A stretch of 64,000 bases of DNA from an uncultured Gemmatimonadales bacterium. Its GTDB lineage: Bacteria > Gemmatimonadota > Gemmatimonadetes > Gemmatimonadales > GWC2-71-9. The stretch covers positions 17,830 through 81,829 of the forward strand of contig CAWGRU010000020.1 in the NCBI GenBank assembly GCA_963825065.1. The letters are read 5' to 3'. A program made the translations under genes and the position numbers. Positions 19,122 through 28,271 of the stretch are shown here, in pieces. The notes beneath the pieces are model-generated. The model worked only from the letters and a program-made list of their open reading frames with translations. It did no database searches and was not told the DNA's origin. Position 1 is the stretch's first letter. Every line of letters starts with the position of its first letter.

Positions 19122-20045
19122 CTACGGGAAGGGCCTGGGCTTGAGAATGGAGAAGGTCACGGCGGTGGCGAGGATCGCCAGGATGACCACCAGCGACAGC
19201 GTGGTGGAGATGTGGACCCACGCGCCGAGCACCATCTTGAGTCCGACGAAGAGCAGGATGAGGGCGACACCGGGCTTGAGGTAGTGGAAGCGGTCCATCG
19301 CGCCGGCGAGGATGAAATAGAGCGCCCGGAGGCCGAGGATGGCGAACAGATTGGACGAATAGACGACGAAGGGATCGCGGGTCACCGCGAAGACGGCGGG
19401 GATGCTGTCGATCGCGAAGACCAGGTCGCTCCACTCGACCACCAGCAGGACCAGGAGGAGCGGGGTGGCCATCCAGCCCCGCGCGATAGGCTTGACGAAG
19501 AAGTGGGAGCCTTCGTAGGCCGGCGTGACCGGCAGGATCCGTCGGGCCAGTCGCACCAGCGGATTGTGTTCGGGCTCGATGCGCTCGTCGCCGTTGCGGA
19601 ACATGCGAAGGCCGGTGATCAGCAGGATCCCGCCGAACACGTACACGATCCAGGTGAACCGGGTCAGCAGCAATGCCCCTGCGCCGATCATGACGCCGCG
19701 CATGAGGATCGCGCCGAAGATGCCCCATTTGAGCACCCGGGGCTGCAGCGCCGCGGGAACGGCGAAGTACTGGAAGACCATCAGGAAGACGAACAGGTTG
19801 TCGACGCTGAGCGACAGCTCGATCAGGTACCCGGCGTAATACTCCAGCGCCGTCTGGTGGCCCACCTCCCACCAGAGGAATCCGCCGAAGAGCAGCGCCA
19901 CGGCGACGATCCCGGCGCTCCAGCCCAGCGCCTCCCGGTGGCTGAGGACGTGGGCCCGGCGGTTCAGCACGCCGAGATCGAGGACGAGCAGCGTCCCGAC
20001 CACGGCGGCAAAGACCACCCAGATCGTCGGTCCGTGAGTCGACAC
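19122..20045 (-). CDS. TerC/Alx-family metal homeostasis membrane protein
   Basis: YLIELSLSVDNLFVF, QPRVLKWGIFGA, DLVFAIDSIPA, SNLFAILGLRALYF. Confidence 0.95.
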   Translation of the reverse strand: MSTHGPTIWVVFAAVVGTLLVLDLGVLNRRAHVLSHREALGWSAGIVAVALLFGGFLWWEVGHQTALEYYAGYLIELSLSVDNLFVFLMVFQYFAVPAALQPRVLKWGIFGAILMRGVMIGAGALLLTRFTWIVYVFGGILLITGLRMFRNGDERIEPEHNPLVRLARRILPVTPAYEGSHFFVKPIARGWMATPLLLVLLVVEWSDLVFAIDSIPAVFAVTRDPFVVYSSNLFAILGLRALYFILAGAMDRFHYLKPGVALILLFVGLKMVLGAWVHISTTLSLVVILAILATAVTFSILKPRPFP

Positions 20046-20879
20046 TCAGCGCGCCATGGCCTGGAGGCGCGCCACCCGCTCCTCGATCGGCGGGTGGGTG
20101 CTGAACCAGCTCATCATCCCTCCTCCCATCGCCGCGAGCGGGTTGACCTGCGCCAGGGGCGCGACCGCGGGAGCGACGTTCATGGGAATCTGGTGTGCCA
20201 TCGCCTCCAGCCGGGTGAGCGCCCGAGCCAGCGGCAGCGGCTGGCCGAGGATTTCGGCGCCGACCCGGTCCGCCTCGTACTCGCGCTGCCGCGAGATGGC
20301 GAACTGGATCAGCATCGCGGCGATGGGCGCGAGCAGCATCATCGCCAGGTCGGCGAGAGGGTGGCGGCCCTCGTCGTCCCGGGCCCCGCCCGTCAGCATG
20401 AGCAGCCACGGCAGATTGCCGATCATGGCGGCCATGCCCGCCGCGATGGTGGTCGTGAGCATGTCCCGGTTCTTGACATGGGCCAGCTCGTGCGCGATCA
20501 CCCCCGCAAGCTCCTCCTGCGGCATGCTGCGCAGGATGCCGGTCGTCACCGCGATGACCGCCTTTGCCGGGCTGCGGCCGGTGGCAAAGGCGTTGGGCTG
20601 CTCGTGCGGGGCGATCGCCACGACGGGCATGGGCAGGCCGGCGCGCTGACGCAGCCGGTCCACCAGGCGGTACAGCTCGGGGGCCTGCGCCTCCGTCACC
20701 ACCTCGGCGCCGTACATCTTCAGGACCAGGCGATCCGAGAAGAAATACATGGCGAAGTTCATCCCCAGACCCAGCACCGAGCCGAGGATGAGGCCGCTGG
20801 TGCCGCCCAGCATCTGGCCCACCGCCATGAGCAGCGCGATGAGGCCGGCCATGAGTACTGCAGTCTTCAGGTTGTTCAT
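20046..20879 (-). CDS. htpX: Zinc metalloprotease HtpX
   Basis: MNNLKTAVLM, QPNAFATGR, HELAH, ISRQREYEAD, FSTHPPIEERV. Confidence 0.94.
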   Translation of the reverse strand: MNNLKTAVLMAGLIALLMAVGQMLGGTSGLILGSVLGLGMNFAMYFFSDRLVLKMYGAEVVTEAQAPELYRLVDRLRQRAGLPMPVVAIAPHEQPNAFATGRSPAKAVIAVTTGILRSMPQEELAGVIAHELAHVKNRDMLTTTIAAGMAAMIGNLPWLLMLTGGARDDEGRHPLADLAMMLLAPIAAMLIQFAISRQREYEADRVGAEILGQPLPLARALTRLEAMAHQIPMNVAPAVAPLAQVNPLAAMGGGMMSWFSTHPPIEERVARLQAMAR

Positions 20880-20955
20880 TGTCGCCTCCAAAATAGCAAC
20901 GAGACCCTCACTGTTGGGCGAGGCGCCGATGCGAACATCGGCACCGCCACGTCCA

Positions 20956-21079
20956 GTGAAGGTCTCGCTGTGTAAATGGGTTCTGGTCCCATCAACCCGG
21001 CCGCACCGTGCCGGGGATCTTCCCGACAGTCCTGACGATGGGCCGTCCGCCATCCGGCGGATGAGCTACTCCCCTTCGC
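20956..21079 (-). ncRNA. yybP-ykoY (Mn2+-sensing) riboswitch
   Basis: Minus strand GAAGGGGAGTAGC ... CATCGTCA ... GTTGATG ... GCGAGACCTTC; TACACT -10 box at 21086-21091; upstream of a TerC gene; downstream CAGTGAGGGTCTCGT can pair with the 3' aptamer strand. Confidence 0.82.
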
Positions 21080-21149
21080 GGATCAAGTGTAAATGGCGAG
21101 GGCGGGCCGGTCAACGGCGCTCGGGTCCGTGAAGCCGGTCGATCGGAGC

Positions 21150-22289
21150 TCAGACGCCGGGCACCGCGGCGGTGATCATCCGGACGGCGAGGCCGCCGTT
21201 CCTGGTGTGCAGCGGCGGGCCGAACCGGAGCCCGGTAGCGCGCTCGAGCGGCGCCTCCGGCAGGAGCAGCGTCACCCGCCATCCCGCCAGGCGCTCCCGC
21301 GCAACGCTCCCCAGTCGGGCGAACAGGTCGCGCAGTTCGCGGCCCTCGCTGACTCGCACTCCGTACGGCGGATTCGAGACCAGGCTGCCGACGCCGGCCG
21401 GCGCCTCGAACGATGAAATCGCCTCCCGTCGCCAGCCGATGTCCGCCGAGACGCCGGCCCGCTCCGCGTTGGCGACCGCGGCTTCGATGGCGCCGGCATC
21501 GCGGTCAGCGCCGACGATGGGCGCGGGGGCGTGCGGCAGGATCGCCGCCCTGGCCGCGGCCAGCAGCGCGCGCCAGTGCGCCGGATCGGCCCCGCGCCAA
21601 TGGAGGAAGGCGAAGTCCCGGGTGAGACCCGGCGGGATCCGCCGGGCCAAAAGTGCCGCTTCGATCGGGATCGTGCCGGAGCCGCAGAACGGGTCCGCCA
21701 GCGGGGTCGCCGGGTCCCACCCGCTTGCGAGGATCAGACCCGCGGCCAGCGTCTCCCGGAGTGGCGCCTTGGCCGTTGCTAGGCGGTACCCGCGGCGGTG
21801 CAGCAGCGCGCCCGAGCTGTCGAGGCTGATGGTGCACTCATCGCGAAAGAGCCGGACCACGACGAGCTGCGCGTCGGCCTCGTCCGGCTCGTCGGGATCC
21901 GCCGCGACGGCTGTCTCGGCGGGGGTGCCGCCGGAGGCAGTGACGATCCGTTCCCCGACGGCCTTCTGATGGTAGAGACGGGACTTCTTGCAGGTGGCAC
22001 GGACACGCAGGGCGGTCCCGGCAGGCAGCCAGGCCCGCCACGGGAGGTCGCCGGCCTTCCGTTCGAGTTCACCGAGCGCTCGTGCCTGGAACGAGCCGAG
22101 CCGGACCAGCACCCGGCTCGCGGTGCGGAGCCAGAGATTGGCGCGCGCGACATCCTCCAGCGTTCCCTCGAACGCGACGCCGCCCGGCTCGGTGTCCGTC
22201 GGGGTCAGGCCGAGGCCGGTCAGTTCGCCCGCGGTGAGGGACTCGAGGCCGGGGGCGGTGACGGCGTACAGATCGAGCCTGGCGGTCAC
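21150..22289 (-). CDS. THUMP-domain RNA methyltransferase (RlmL-like)
   Basis: LWLRTASRVL, LHRRGYR, APLRETLAA, DPFCGSGTIPIEAA, NPPYG. Confidence 0.9.
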   Translation of the reverse strand: MTARLDLYAVTAPGLESLTAGELTGLGLTPTDTEPGGVAFEGTLEDVARANLWLRTASRVLVRLGSFQARALGELERKAGDLPWRAWLPAGTALRVRATCKKSRLYHQKAVGERIVTASGGTPAETAVAADPDEPDEADAQLVVVRLFRDECTISLDSSGALLHRRGYRLATAKAPLRETLAAGLILASGWDPATPLADPFCGSGTIPIEAALLARRIPPGLTRDFAFLHWRGADPAHWRALLAAARAAILPHAPAPIVGADRDAGAIEAAVANAERAGVSADIGWRREAISSFEAPAGVGSLVSNPPYGVRVSEGRELRDLFARLGSVARERLAGWRVTLLLPEAPLERATGLRFGPPLHTRNGGLAVRMITAAVPGV

Positions 22290-23326
22290 ATCCCCTCCGG
22301 CCCGAAGTCCAGCAGGCCGGAGAAATACGGGAGCACCTGCTCGACGAGTCGTCGCCTGACGCCTCCCGAATGATCTCCGGGGTAGGTCTCGTACCGGTGC
22401 CGTACCCGGAGGCGGGTGAGCAGGCTGTCGAGCTCCGCCACCCCGGGGGCGTAGCCGTCGCGAGTGCCGACATCGAAGGCCACGCCCTTCAGCCGCACCA
22501 GTCCCTCGCGGTAGCGGGGCGCCATGTCGAGCAGCATCCAGGCGCGCCATCGCTCGATGACCGCACTGTCGGTGACGATGCCTTCGGCCGCGCGGGCGAA
22601 TGGCAGATCGGCGAAGAACGGGGGTCGGGTGGAATCCGGGCTCCACGCCGCCGCGTAGCCGAGGCAGACCTGGAGCCAGAAGCCGATGGAGTCGGCCTGC
22701 GCGCGCCCGACCAGCCCCAGCAGGGTGTCGGCCTCGGCGCGGGCGAGCCGCTCGCAGGGGAGCCTGGCGTTCGGGCTCATGGCGTACACTCCACTGAACC
22801 CGCCGGGGTAGCGCATCGCGATGCGCAGCGCCGCCGCGGCGCCCATCGAATGGCCGGCGACGCCCCGGCTCGCACCGCGGCGCATGGTACGGTAGCGCTG
22901 GTCCACGGCGCGGACCACGTCGCGCACCAGGTAGGTCTCCCAGTCACCGGTGGTGGCCGAGTTCGCGAACACGCTGCCGTGCAGCGCGTTGGCGCCGTCG
23001 GGCATCACCACGATGAATTCCTTCACCGCCTGGGCCACGATCAGGCTGTCCATCGCCTGGGCGAGCGAAAGGCCCTGGTAGGTGCCGTTGGTCCAGGAAT
23101 CCGGGCTGCCGCCGAAGCCGTGCAACAGGTACAGCACCGGGTACCGGCGGGTGACGTCCTGAGCGTAGCTCGGCGGGAGGTAGACGAGGATCCGGCGGAC
23201 CGGGCGGTCGCCGAGTCGGTTGCCCTCGAGCGCGGCGGAGCGTACCGAGTCGGTGACGACCCGTCCCTGGCCGGCGAGCGGCGCCGCGCTTGCGAGCAGC
23301 AGGGCGACGGCGAGGCGCAGGATCAG
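22286..23326 (-). CDS. Secreted alpha/beta-hydrolase (esterase family); probable CTG start
   Basis: VYLPPSY, YPVLYLLHG, GHSMG, GDH; signal peptide ILRLAVALLLASAAPLAGQ in frame upstream of the ORF-track start. Confidence 0.82.
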   Translation of the reverse strand: MILRLAVALLLASAAPLAGQGRVVTDSVRSAALEGNRLGDRPVRRILVYLPPSYAQDVTRRYPVLYLLHGFGGSPDSWTNGTYQGLSLAQAMDSLIVAQAVKEFIVVMPDGANALHGSVFANSATTGDWETYLVRDVVRAVDQRYRTMRRGASRGVAGHSMGAAAALRIAMRYPGGFSGVYAMSPNARLPCERLARAEADTLLGLVGRAQADSIGFWLQVCLGYAAAWSPDSTRPPFFADLPFARAAEGIVTDSAVIERWRAWMLLDMAPRYREGLVRLKGVAFDVGTRDGYAPGVAELDSLLTRLRVRHRYETYPGDHSGGVRRRLVEQVLPYFSGLLDFGPEGM

Positions 23327-24579
23327 AAGGGCGGCTCCATGACGTGGGCCGGGTCATCGAGCACGATCGCCTGGGCGGTGCTGCCGGCCGGCGTCTCGAA
23401 TTGGCCCTCGGGGATGATCAGCAGCGCGTTCGCCTTCACCATCGACGTCAGGATGCCCGATCCCTGGGGCCCGGTCAGCCTCGCCTCCGGCAGTCCTTCT
23501 CCGGGCGTGACCACCGCGCGGAGGAAGTGCTGCAGCTTCGGCCCGAGCCGGATCGGTTCGGCGACCCGGACCGGGATGGCGCGGCGGAAGGGCAGGCGCC
23601 GGCCCGCCAGCCTCCGGATGGCCGGGCGGACGAAGAGCTCGAAGGTGACCATCGTGCTCACCGGATTTCCCGGGAGCCCGATCCACGGCACGCTGCCCAG
23701 CAACCCGAACCCGACCGGAGCGCCCGGGCGCATCCGGATCTTCCAGAACCTGATGTCGGCGCCGAGTTCCTCGAGGACGCTGCGTACGTGGTCGTGTTCC
23801 CCGACGCTGATGCCGGCGGTGGTCACCAGGAGATCGCACTCCAGCGCGCGGGTGAAATGCTCGCGGAGGCTCTGCGGGGTGTCCCTGGCTATGCCCAGGT
23901 TCACCGGCTCGCCGCCGGCGCGGCGCACCAGGGCGACGAGAGTATGCGTGTTGGAGCTTGCGATCTTCCGGCCGCTGAGGATCTGGTCCGGCTGATCGAT
24001 GTCGACGATCTCGTCGCCGCTGCCCAGGATGGCGATGCGCGGCCGCCGGTAGATCAGCGGGTGCGCCACCGCGACGGATGCCAGCACGCCGAGCTCCGCG
24101 GGACCGAGCTCGGCGCCGGCCTCGAGGACCAGCGCGCCGCGGCGGATATCCTCACCGACCCGGCGGATGTTCACGCCGATGTCGCGGTCCTTCACGATCG
24201 CGACGGTCGCTGCCCCGCCGTCGGTATCCTCCTGCCGGATCACGCTGTCGGCGCCCTCGGGGAGGGGCGCGCCCGTGAAGATGCGGGCACAGCTCCCTGC
24301 CTCGATGCGGCGGGTGGGAAAGGCGCCGGCCGGGATGTGCTCGATCACGGTGAGGCGGACGGGGGCGGACTCCGAGGCGCCGCGCACGTCGTCCCCGCGG
24401 GCGGCGTAGCCATCCATCGCGGAGTTGGTCCAGGCGGGGATGTCGAGCGGGCTGGTGATCGTTTCGGCGAGCACGCCATCGAGCGCGTCGTCCAGCGGTA
24501 CCCGGAGTGCTGGCTGGCGACGGATGTGCGCCAGGATCTGCAGCGCCGCGTCGCGGGGGAGGAGAGGCGGGCCGGTCAG
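23323..24579 (-). CDS. moeA: Molybdopterin molybdotransferase
   Basis: SAMDGYA, RIFTGAPLPEGADSV, GSGDEI, GLPGNPVS, QGSG; start placed at CTG overlapping the mobB stop (uncertain). Confidence 0.93.
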   Translation of the reverse strand: MTGPPLLPRDAALQILAHIRRQPALRVPLDDALDGVLAETITSPLDIPAWTNSAMDGYAARGDDVRGASESAPVRLTVIEHIPAGAFPTRRIEAGSCARIFTGAPLPEGADSVIRQEDTDGGAATVAIVKDRDIGVNIRRVGEDIRRGALVLEAGAELGPAELGVLASVAVAHPLIYRRPRIAILGSGDEIVDIDQPDQILSGRKIASSNTHTLVALVRRAGGEPVNLGIARDTPQSLREHFTRALECDLLVTTAGISVGEHDHVRSVLEELGADIRFWKIRMRPGAPVGFGLLGSVPWIGLPGNPVSTMVTFELFVRPAIRRLAGRRLPFRRAIPVRVAEPIRLGPKLQHFLRAVVTPGEGLPEARLTGPQGSGILTSMVKANALLIIPEGQFETPAGSTAQAIVLDDPAHVMEPPF

Positions 24580-25103
24580 AGGATCTTCGCCTTCTCCCAG
24601 CCCAGGTTGGCGAGGAGCTGCATCCACATCGTATCGCGGAACCGGAGGACGGGGCAGGGCGCCTCGAAGCGGTCGTCGTCGGTCACGATCGCGATCCACT
24701 CCTCCGCGTTGGGGGCCGTGGGGACGAAGATGGGGGCGCCGCCGACCTCCCGGCGGAAGACTTCGATCTTGGGCAGCGGCGCCGACTTGAATCCCTCGAC
24801 CAGCACGATGTCGGCGTCACCGAGGTACTGGCGGGCGAGAGTGAGTGGATCGGTGTCGTCCTTGCGCCGTTCGAAGGAGATCCGGAGCTCCGGTGAGACC
24901 AGCAGGGTCCGCTCGACCTTGCCCTCGTGGAAGTGGCGGTGGCTGTCGGTGCCCGGCCGATCGACCTCGGCGGGGTGGCTGGCGTGCTTGATCGTCATCA
25001 CCCGGCGGCCCTTGCGCGCATACTCGGCCGCCAGCGCGACCAGCAACGTGGTCTTGCCCGCGTGCTTTCTGCCGATCACTGAGAGGATTCGAGTCTCCGC
25101 CAC
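24576..25103 (-). CDS. mobB: Molybdopterin-guanine dinucleotide biosynthesis protein B
   Basis: GRKHAGKTTL, IKH, DRPGTDS, DIVLVEGFK..PKIEV. Confidence 0.93.
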   Translation of the reverse strand: MAETRILSVIGRKHAGKTTLLVALAAEYARKGRRVMTIKHASHPAEVDRPGTDSHRHFHEGKVERTLLVSPELRISFERRKDDTDPLTLARQYLGDADIVLVEGFKSAPLPKIEVFRREVGGAPIFVPTAPNAEEWIAIVTDDDRFEAPCPVLRFRDTMWMQLLANLGWEKAKIL

Positions 25104-25732
25104 AGGCTGTCGGCCTCCGCCAGGTCATCCGCCGTGTTCACATTGAAGAAGAGCGCGGCCGGGTCGCCGAGGGCCCGCACCTGCGTGGTGGAGAGGATAC
25201 CGACTTTAATCCGATCATGGAAGCCGACGGCCCGAAGGTCCCCCGCGGCGAGGGAGGCGGCGATGGCGGGACCGCAGGCGGGCCCGTAGGCGGCGCAGAG
25301 GGGCTCCACGCCTCGCGGGCCGGCACTCTCGGGGAGGCAGGCGTCGGCGTCCGCCAGTCCGGCGGCCAGGGCGCGGATGACCGCGGCCGTGACAAAGGGC
25401 ATGTCCCAGGCGACCACCACGACGGGGGCGGGCGCCGCGAGCACTGCGGAGTAGATCCCGCCCAGTGATCCCATGCCCGGCTGGGTGTCCGTCACGATCC
25501 GGAGGTCGGGTCGCCAGGTCGGGGCCTCGGGGGCATTGGCGATCAGCAGTGGCAGGGCGCCGAGTCCTTCCCTGAAGGCGTCGACCAGCCGGTCGAGGAT
25601 CCGCACCCCGCCGACCCGTTCGAGTCCCTTGGGCTGGCCGCCGAAGCGGCGGGCCAGTCCGCCGGCCATGATGGCGCCCCGGACCGGCGGGGAACCGGCG
25701 GGGGACGGCGGGTCGGCGGATCCGGCGATCAG
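25076..25732 (-). CDS. mobA: Molybdenum cofactor guanylyltransferase (start uncertain)
   Basis: GAIMAGGLARRFGG.PK, GSLGGI, AWDMPF, EPLCAAY, FFNVNT. Confidence 0.9.
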   Translation of the reverse strand: MIAGSADPPSPAGSPPVRGAIMAGGLARRFGGQPKGLERVGGVRILDRLVDAFREGLGALPLLIANAPEAPTWRPDLRIVTDTQPGMGSLGGIYSAVLAAPAPVVVVAWDMPFVTAAVIRALAAGLADADACLPESAGPRGVEPLCAAYGPACGPAIAASLAAGDLRAVGFHDRIKVGILSTTQVRALGDPAALFFNVNTADDLAEADSLWRRLESSQ

Positions 25733-26517
25733 TACCGCCTCCCGCGCTTCCGTTCCAGTACCACGTCGAAGCCGAGGGTGAAGCTCAGCACATGTTTTCC
25801 GGCGCTGCTCCGCTGGGGCGTGAGTGCCGTAGTCGTGGAGGGTCCGGTGACGACCGGCAGCCGGACCCAGTTGTCGCGCACCTCGAACCGGAGCTGGTAG
25901 CCCCGGCCGATCACCGCGACGACCCCGCCGCCGAACGAGGCGTACGGCCGGACGGTCGTCGCATTCTGGTCGTCGTAGACGCGCACATCCGCGAGGCCAT
26001 TGCTGGTCCGGACCCGGCCCACGGTCTCGATGAAGCTCTGCGGCGATACCACGAAGCCGACGTTGCCGCGAATGTAGGGGTGGACCGGCTGGTGGCTCGC
26101 GACCCGGTACACCACGCCAACGGAGAGCGACGTGGAGGTCGCGACCCGGGAGGAGCCGTCGATCGAGTTGCAGAGGGCGCTGTTCGCCGAGTCCTGCAGC
26201 GTGCCGATCACGGTGCAGCGATCCCGGGTGCCCAGGCCCAGCAGCTGGGCCTCGACGTTGAACCCCAGGTGGTCGCCGCGGAAATAGGTCCCGGAGAATA
26301 CGACGTTCAAGCTGTTGCGGAGGGCGCGGCCGATGCTGATCGTGTCCAGGAGGCCGGCGGGGAAACTGACTGGCTGATTGACGGCCCACAGCGTGCCGCC
26401 ACCATTGGTCTGGCCCAGGCCGACGGTGAAGATCAGCCGGGCCTGGTCCGCCGTCGCCTGGCCATGCAGGGTGGCGGGGAAGGCGAGGAGCAGGGTTACC
26501 AGGAGTAGGCGGCGCAT
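25729..26517 (-). CDS. Putative outer-membrane beta-barrel protein
   Basis: Signal peptide MRRLLLVTLLLAFPATLHGQ; amphipathic strands HPYIRGNVGF, LRFEVRD. Confidence 0.6.
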   Translation of the reverse strand: MRRLLLVTLLLAFPATLHGQATADQARLIFTVGLGQTNGGGTLWAVNQPVSFPAGLLDTISIGRALRNSLNVVFSGTYFRGDHLGFNVEAQLLGLGTRDRCTVIGTLQDSANSALCNSIDGSSRVATSTSLSVGVVYRVASHQPVHPYIRGNVGFVVSPQSFIETVGRVRTSNGLADVRVYDDQNATTVRPYASFGGGVVAVIGRGYQLRFEVRDNWVRLPVVTGPSTTTALTPQRSSAGKHVLSFTLGFDVVLERKRGRRY

Positions 26518-26936
26518 CAATCGCTCGTGAGCCACGGGTGGTCGACCATCAGGCAACGATCCATGATGACGGGAATCCCCGCCGATTCGAGCCGGGCGCG
26601 CACCCCGTCGTGCACCACCCCGACCTGCATCCATACCAGCTTCGGCCGGATCGCGAGCAGGTCATCCAGCAGCGACGGTACGGCCTCGGAGCGCCGGAAG
26701 ATGTCGACGATATCGATCGGGGAGACCGCCGCGGCGGCACTCCGCAGATCGGGATACGACGGTTCCCCCAGAATGGTGGCCCCGCCGGGGCGCACCGGGA
26801 CGATGCGATAGCCCGCGCGCTGCAGGTAGGCCGCGACGGCATGACTGGGGCGCTCCGGTCTGGGCGAGAGGCCCACGACCGCAATCGTGCGGCTCTCACG
26901 CAGCAATGGCCCCAGCGTGGCGCGCTCGTCGTGCAT
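26517..26936 (-). CDS. CoA-binding protein (YccU-like)
   Basis: TIAVVGLSPRPERPS, DIVDIFRRSE, VWMQVG, MDRC. Confidence 0.9.
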   Translation of the reverse strand: MHDERATLGPLLRESRTIAVVGLSPRPERPSHAVAAYLQRAGYRIVPVRPGGATILGEPSYPDLRSAAAAVSPIDIVDIFRRSEAVPSLLDDLLAIRPKLVWMQVGVVHDGVRARLESAGIPVIMDRCLMVDHPWLTSD

Positions 26937-27043
26937 GGGGCACCGCGGGTTGGTGATGGACCGATGATGCGATGACCGTCCCGGACGCTGGCCGGGAACG
27001 TGGAGACGGTGGCCCGCGCGGGGCGAGCACATCGCCGCCCGCG

Positions 27044-27469
27044 TCAGGCCGGGGAATCGGGGCCGGTGCACTCCGCGTACAGCGTCGGATCCTCAGCCAC
27101 CCGGACCCGCTCCAGCCGCACTCCGGCGGGAATCCGATCAACGATGCGCCGGAACAGGTAGAGGGCGAGCGCCTCGCAGGTCGGGATCTGCGCGGTATCG
27201 GCAAAGGCGGGGATCTGCCGGTTCAGGTCCCGGCCTTCGAGCGGTGCCCGCACCTCGGCTTCGAGAATACGATCCAGCTCGGCCAGATCGACGATCATCC
27301 CGGAACGCGGGTCGACCGGTCCGCTGACGGTGACCGCGCAGCGGTAGTCGTGGGCGTGGGATTCCGTCAGCGCGCCGAAGGCCGCCCGGTTCCGTTCCGC
27401 CGACCACTCTGGCATCCACAGGTGATGTTCCGCGCGGAACTGTACCACCCGGGTCAGGCTGGTCGGCAT
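27044..27469 (-). CDS. 6-pyruvoyl-tetrahydropterin synthase / QueD-family protein
   Basis: FRAEHHL, HAHDY, GPVDPRSGMIVDL, PTCEALA, RVAED. Confidence 0.85.
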   Translation of the reverse strand: MPTSLTRVVQFRAEHHLWMPEWSAERNRAAFGALTESHAHDYRCAVTVSGPVDPRSGMIVDLAELDRILEAEVRAPLEGRDLNRQIPAFADTAQIPTCEALALYLFRRIVDRIPAGVRLERVRVAEDPTLYAECTGPDSPA

Positions 27470-27473
27470 GGGC

Positions 27474-28190
27474 TCAGAACGAGTAGCTCAGTCCGCCGCG
27501 AAGCTCGCGCGCACCGCTCCACTCCTCCCGCTTGTTGCCCGGCAGGACGGAGTTGGGGTGGTTCGGGTCTCCGGAGGGCTGGGCGGCGGGGTCGGAGATG
27601 TAGGAGAGGGGGTACTTGAGCTTCCAGAAGAGCTGGCGCGCCTCCAGGCGGAGTTGCAGCGCATTGCTGATGACGACTCGGAGCCCGCCGCCGGCGGCGA
27701 AGTACAGCTTGCCGCCGAACTTGTATCCGCTCGAGTCCTTCACCCCGGCGGGCAGCCCGGAGCCATCCGCATAGCCGGCTGCGCCCCCGATGAACGGGGC
27801 GAGGCGGTGCCAGCTCTTGCGCCCGGTGATGTTGAGCTGCAATCCGAGTTCGACCATTGTGAGGCTTTGCTTGACCGGCCCGTCCACCCGGTTGCTGACG
27901 CTGTCCGCCGCACTCACCACCAGGCGTTCCAGCTCCGCCCGCGCGACGGTGAGCCCGATCTGCAGTGGCGCGCCGAGCCGTGCGTCGAATCGCACTCCGT
28001 AGGACTGCCCGTGATGGGGACCGACCCCGATCGAGCCGCCGTTCCCGCCGACATCCCCCACCAGCAGCGTGACGGTCCGGCCGCGGGGGATGTCGCGGTA
28101 GGGCGACGCATTCGGTGCGTGCCCGACCTGGGCCGCCAGCGGCGCGGCAAGGACAAGCAGGATGACTGTGCTGGTGAGGAGTCGAGGCAT
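27474..28190 (-). CDS. Putative outer-membrane beta-barrel protein
   Basis: Signal peptide MPRLLTSTVILLVLAAPLAAQ; LAPFIGGAAG, LRLEAR, C-terminal GLSYSF. Confidence 0.65.
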   Translation of the reverse strand: MPRLLTSTVILLVLAAPLAAQVGHAPNASPYRDIPRGRTVTLLVGDVGGNGGSIGVGPHHGQSYGVRFDARLGAPLQIGLTVARAELERLVVSAADSVSNRVDGPVKQSLTMVELGLQLNITGRKSWHRLAPFIGGAAGYADGSGLPAGVKDSSGYKFGGKLYFAAGGGLRVVISNALQLRLEARQLFWKLKYPLSYISDPAAQPSGDPNHPNSVLPGNKREEWSGARELRGGLSYSF

Positions 28191-28216
28191 GCGGGAATAG
28201 TAAGGGAGGAGGGGGG

Positions 28217-28271
28217 GAGTTCCGAGTTCCGAGTCCTGCCGCCCCGCACTCGGCATTCGGCACTCGGCACT
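28217..28271. repeat. Short heptamer tandem repeats in inverted arrangement
   Basis: (GAGTTCC)x2-3 followed by (GCACTCG/GCATTCG)x3; CCGAGT and ACTCGG arms are complementary. Confidence 0.6.

Noticed and set aside
28217-28271. CRISPR-like repeats
   Set aside because: 7-nt units without spacers and no cas genes
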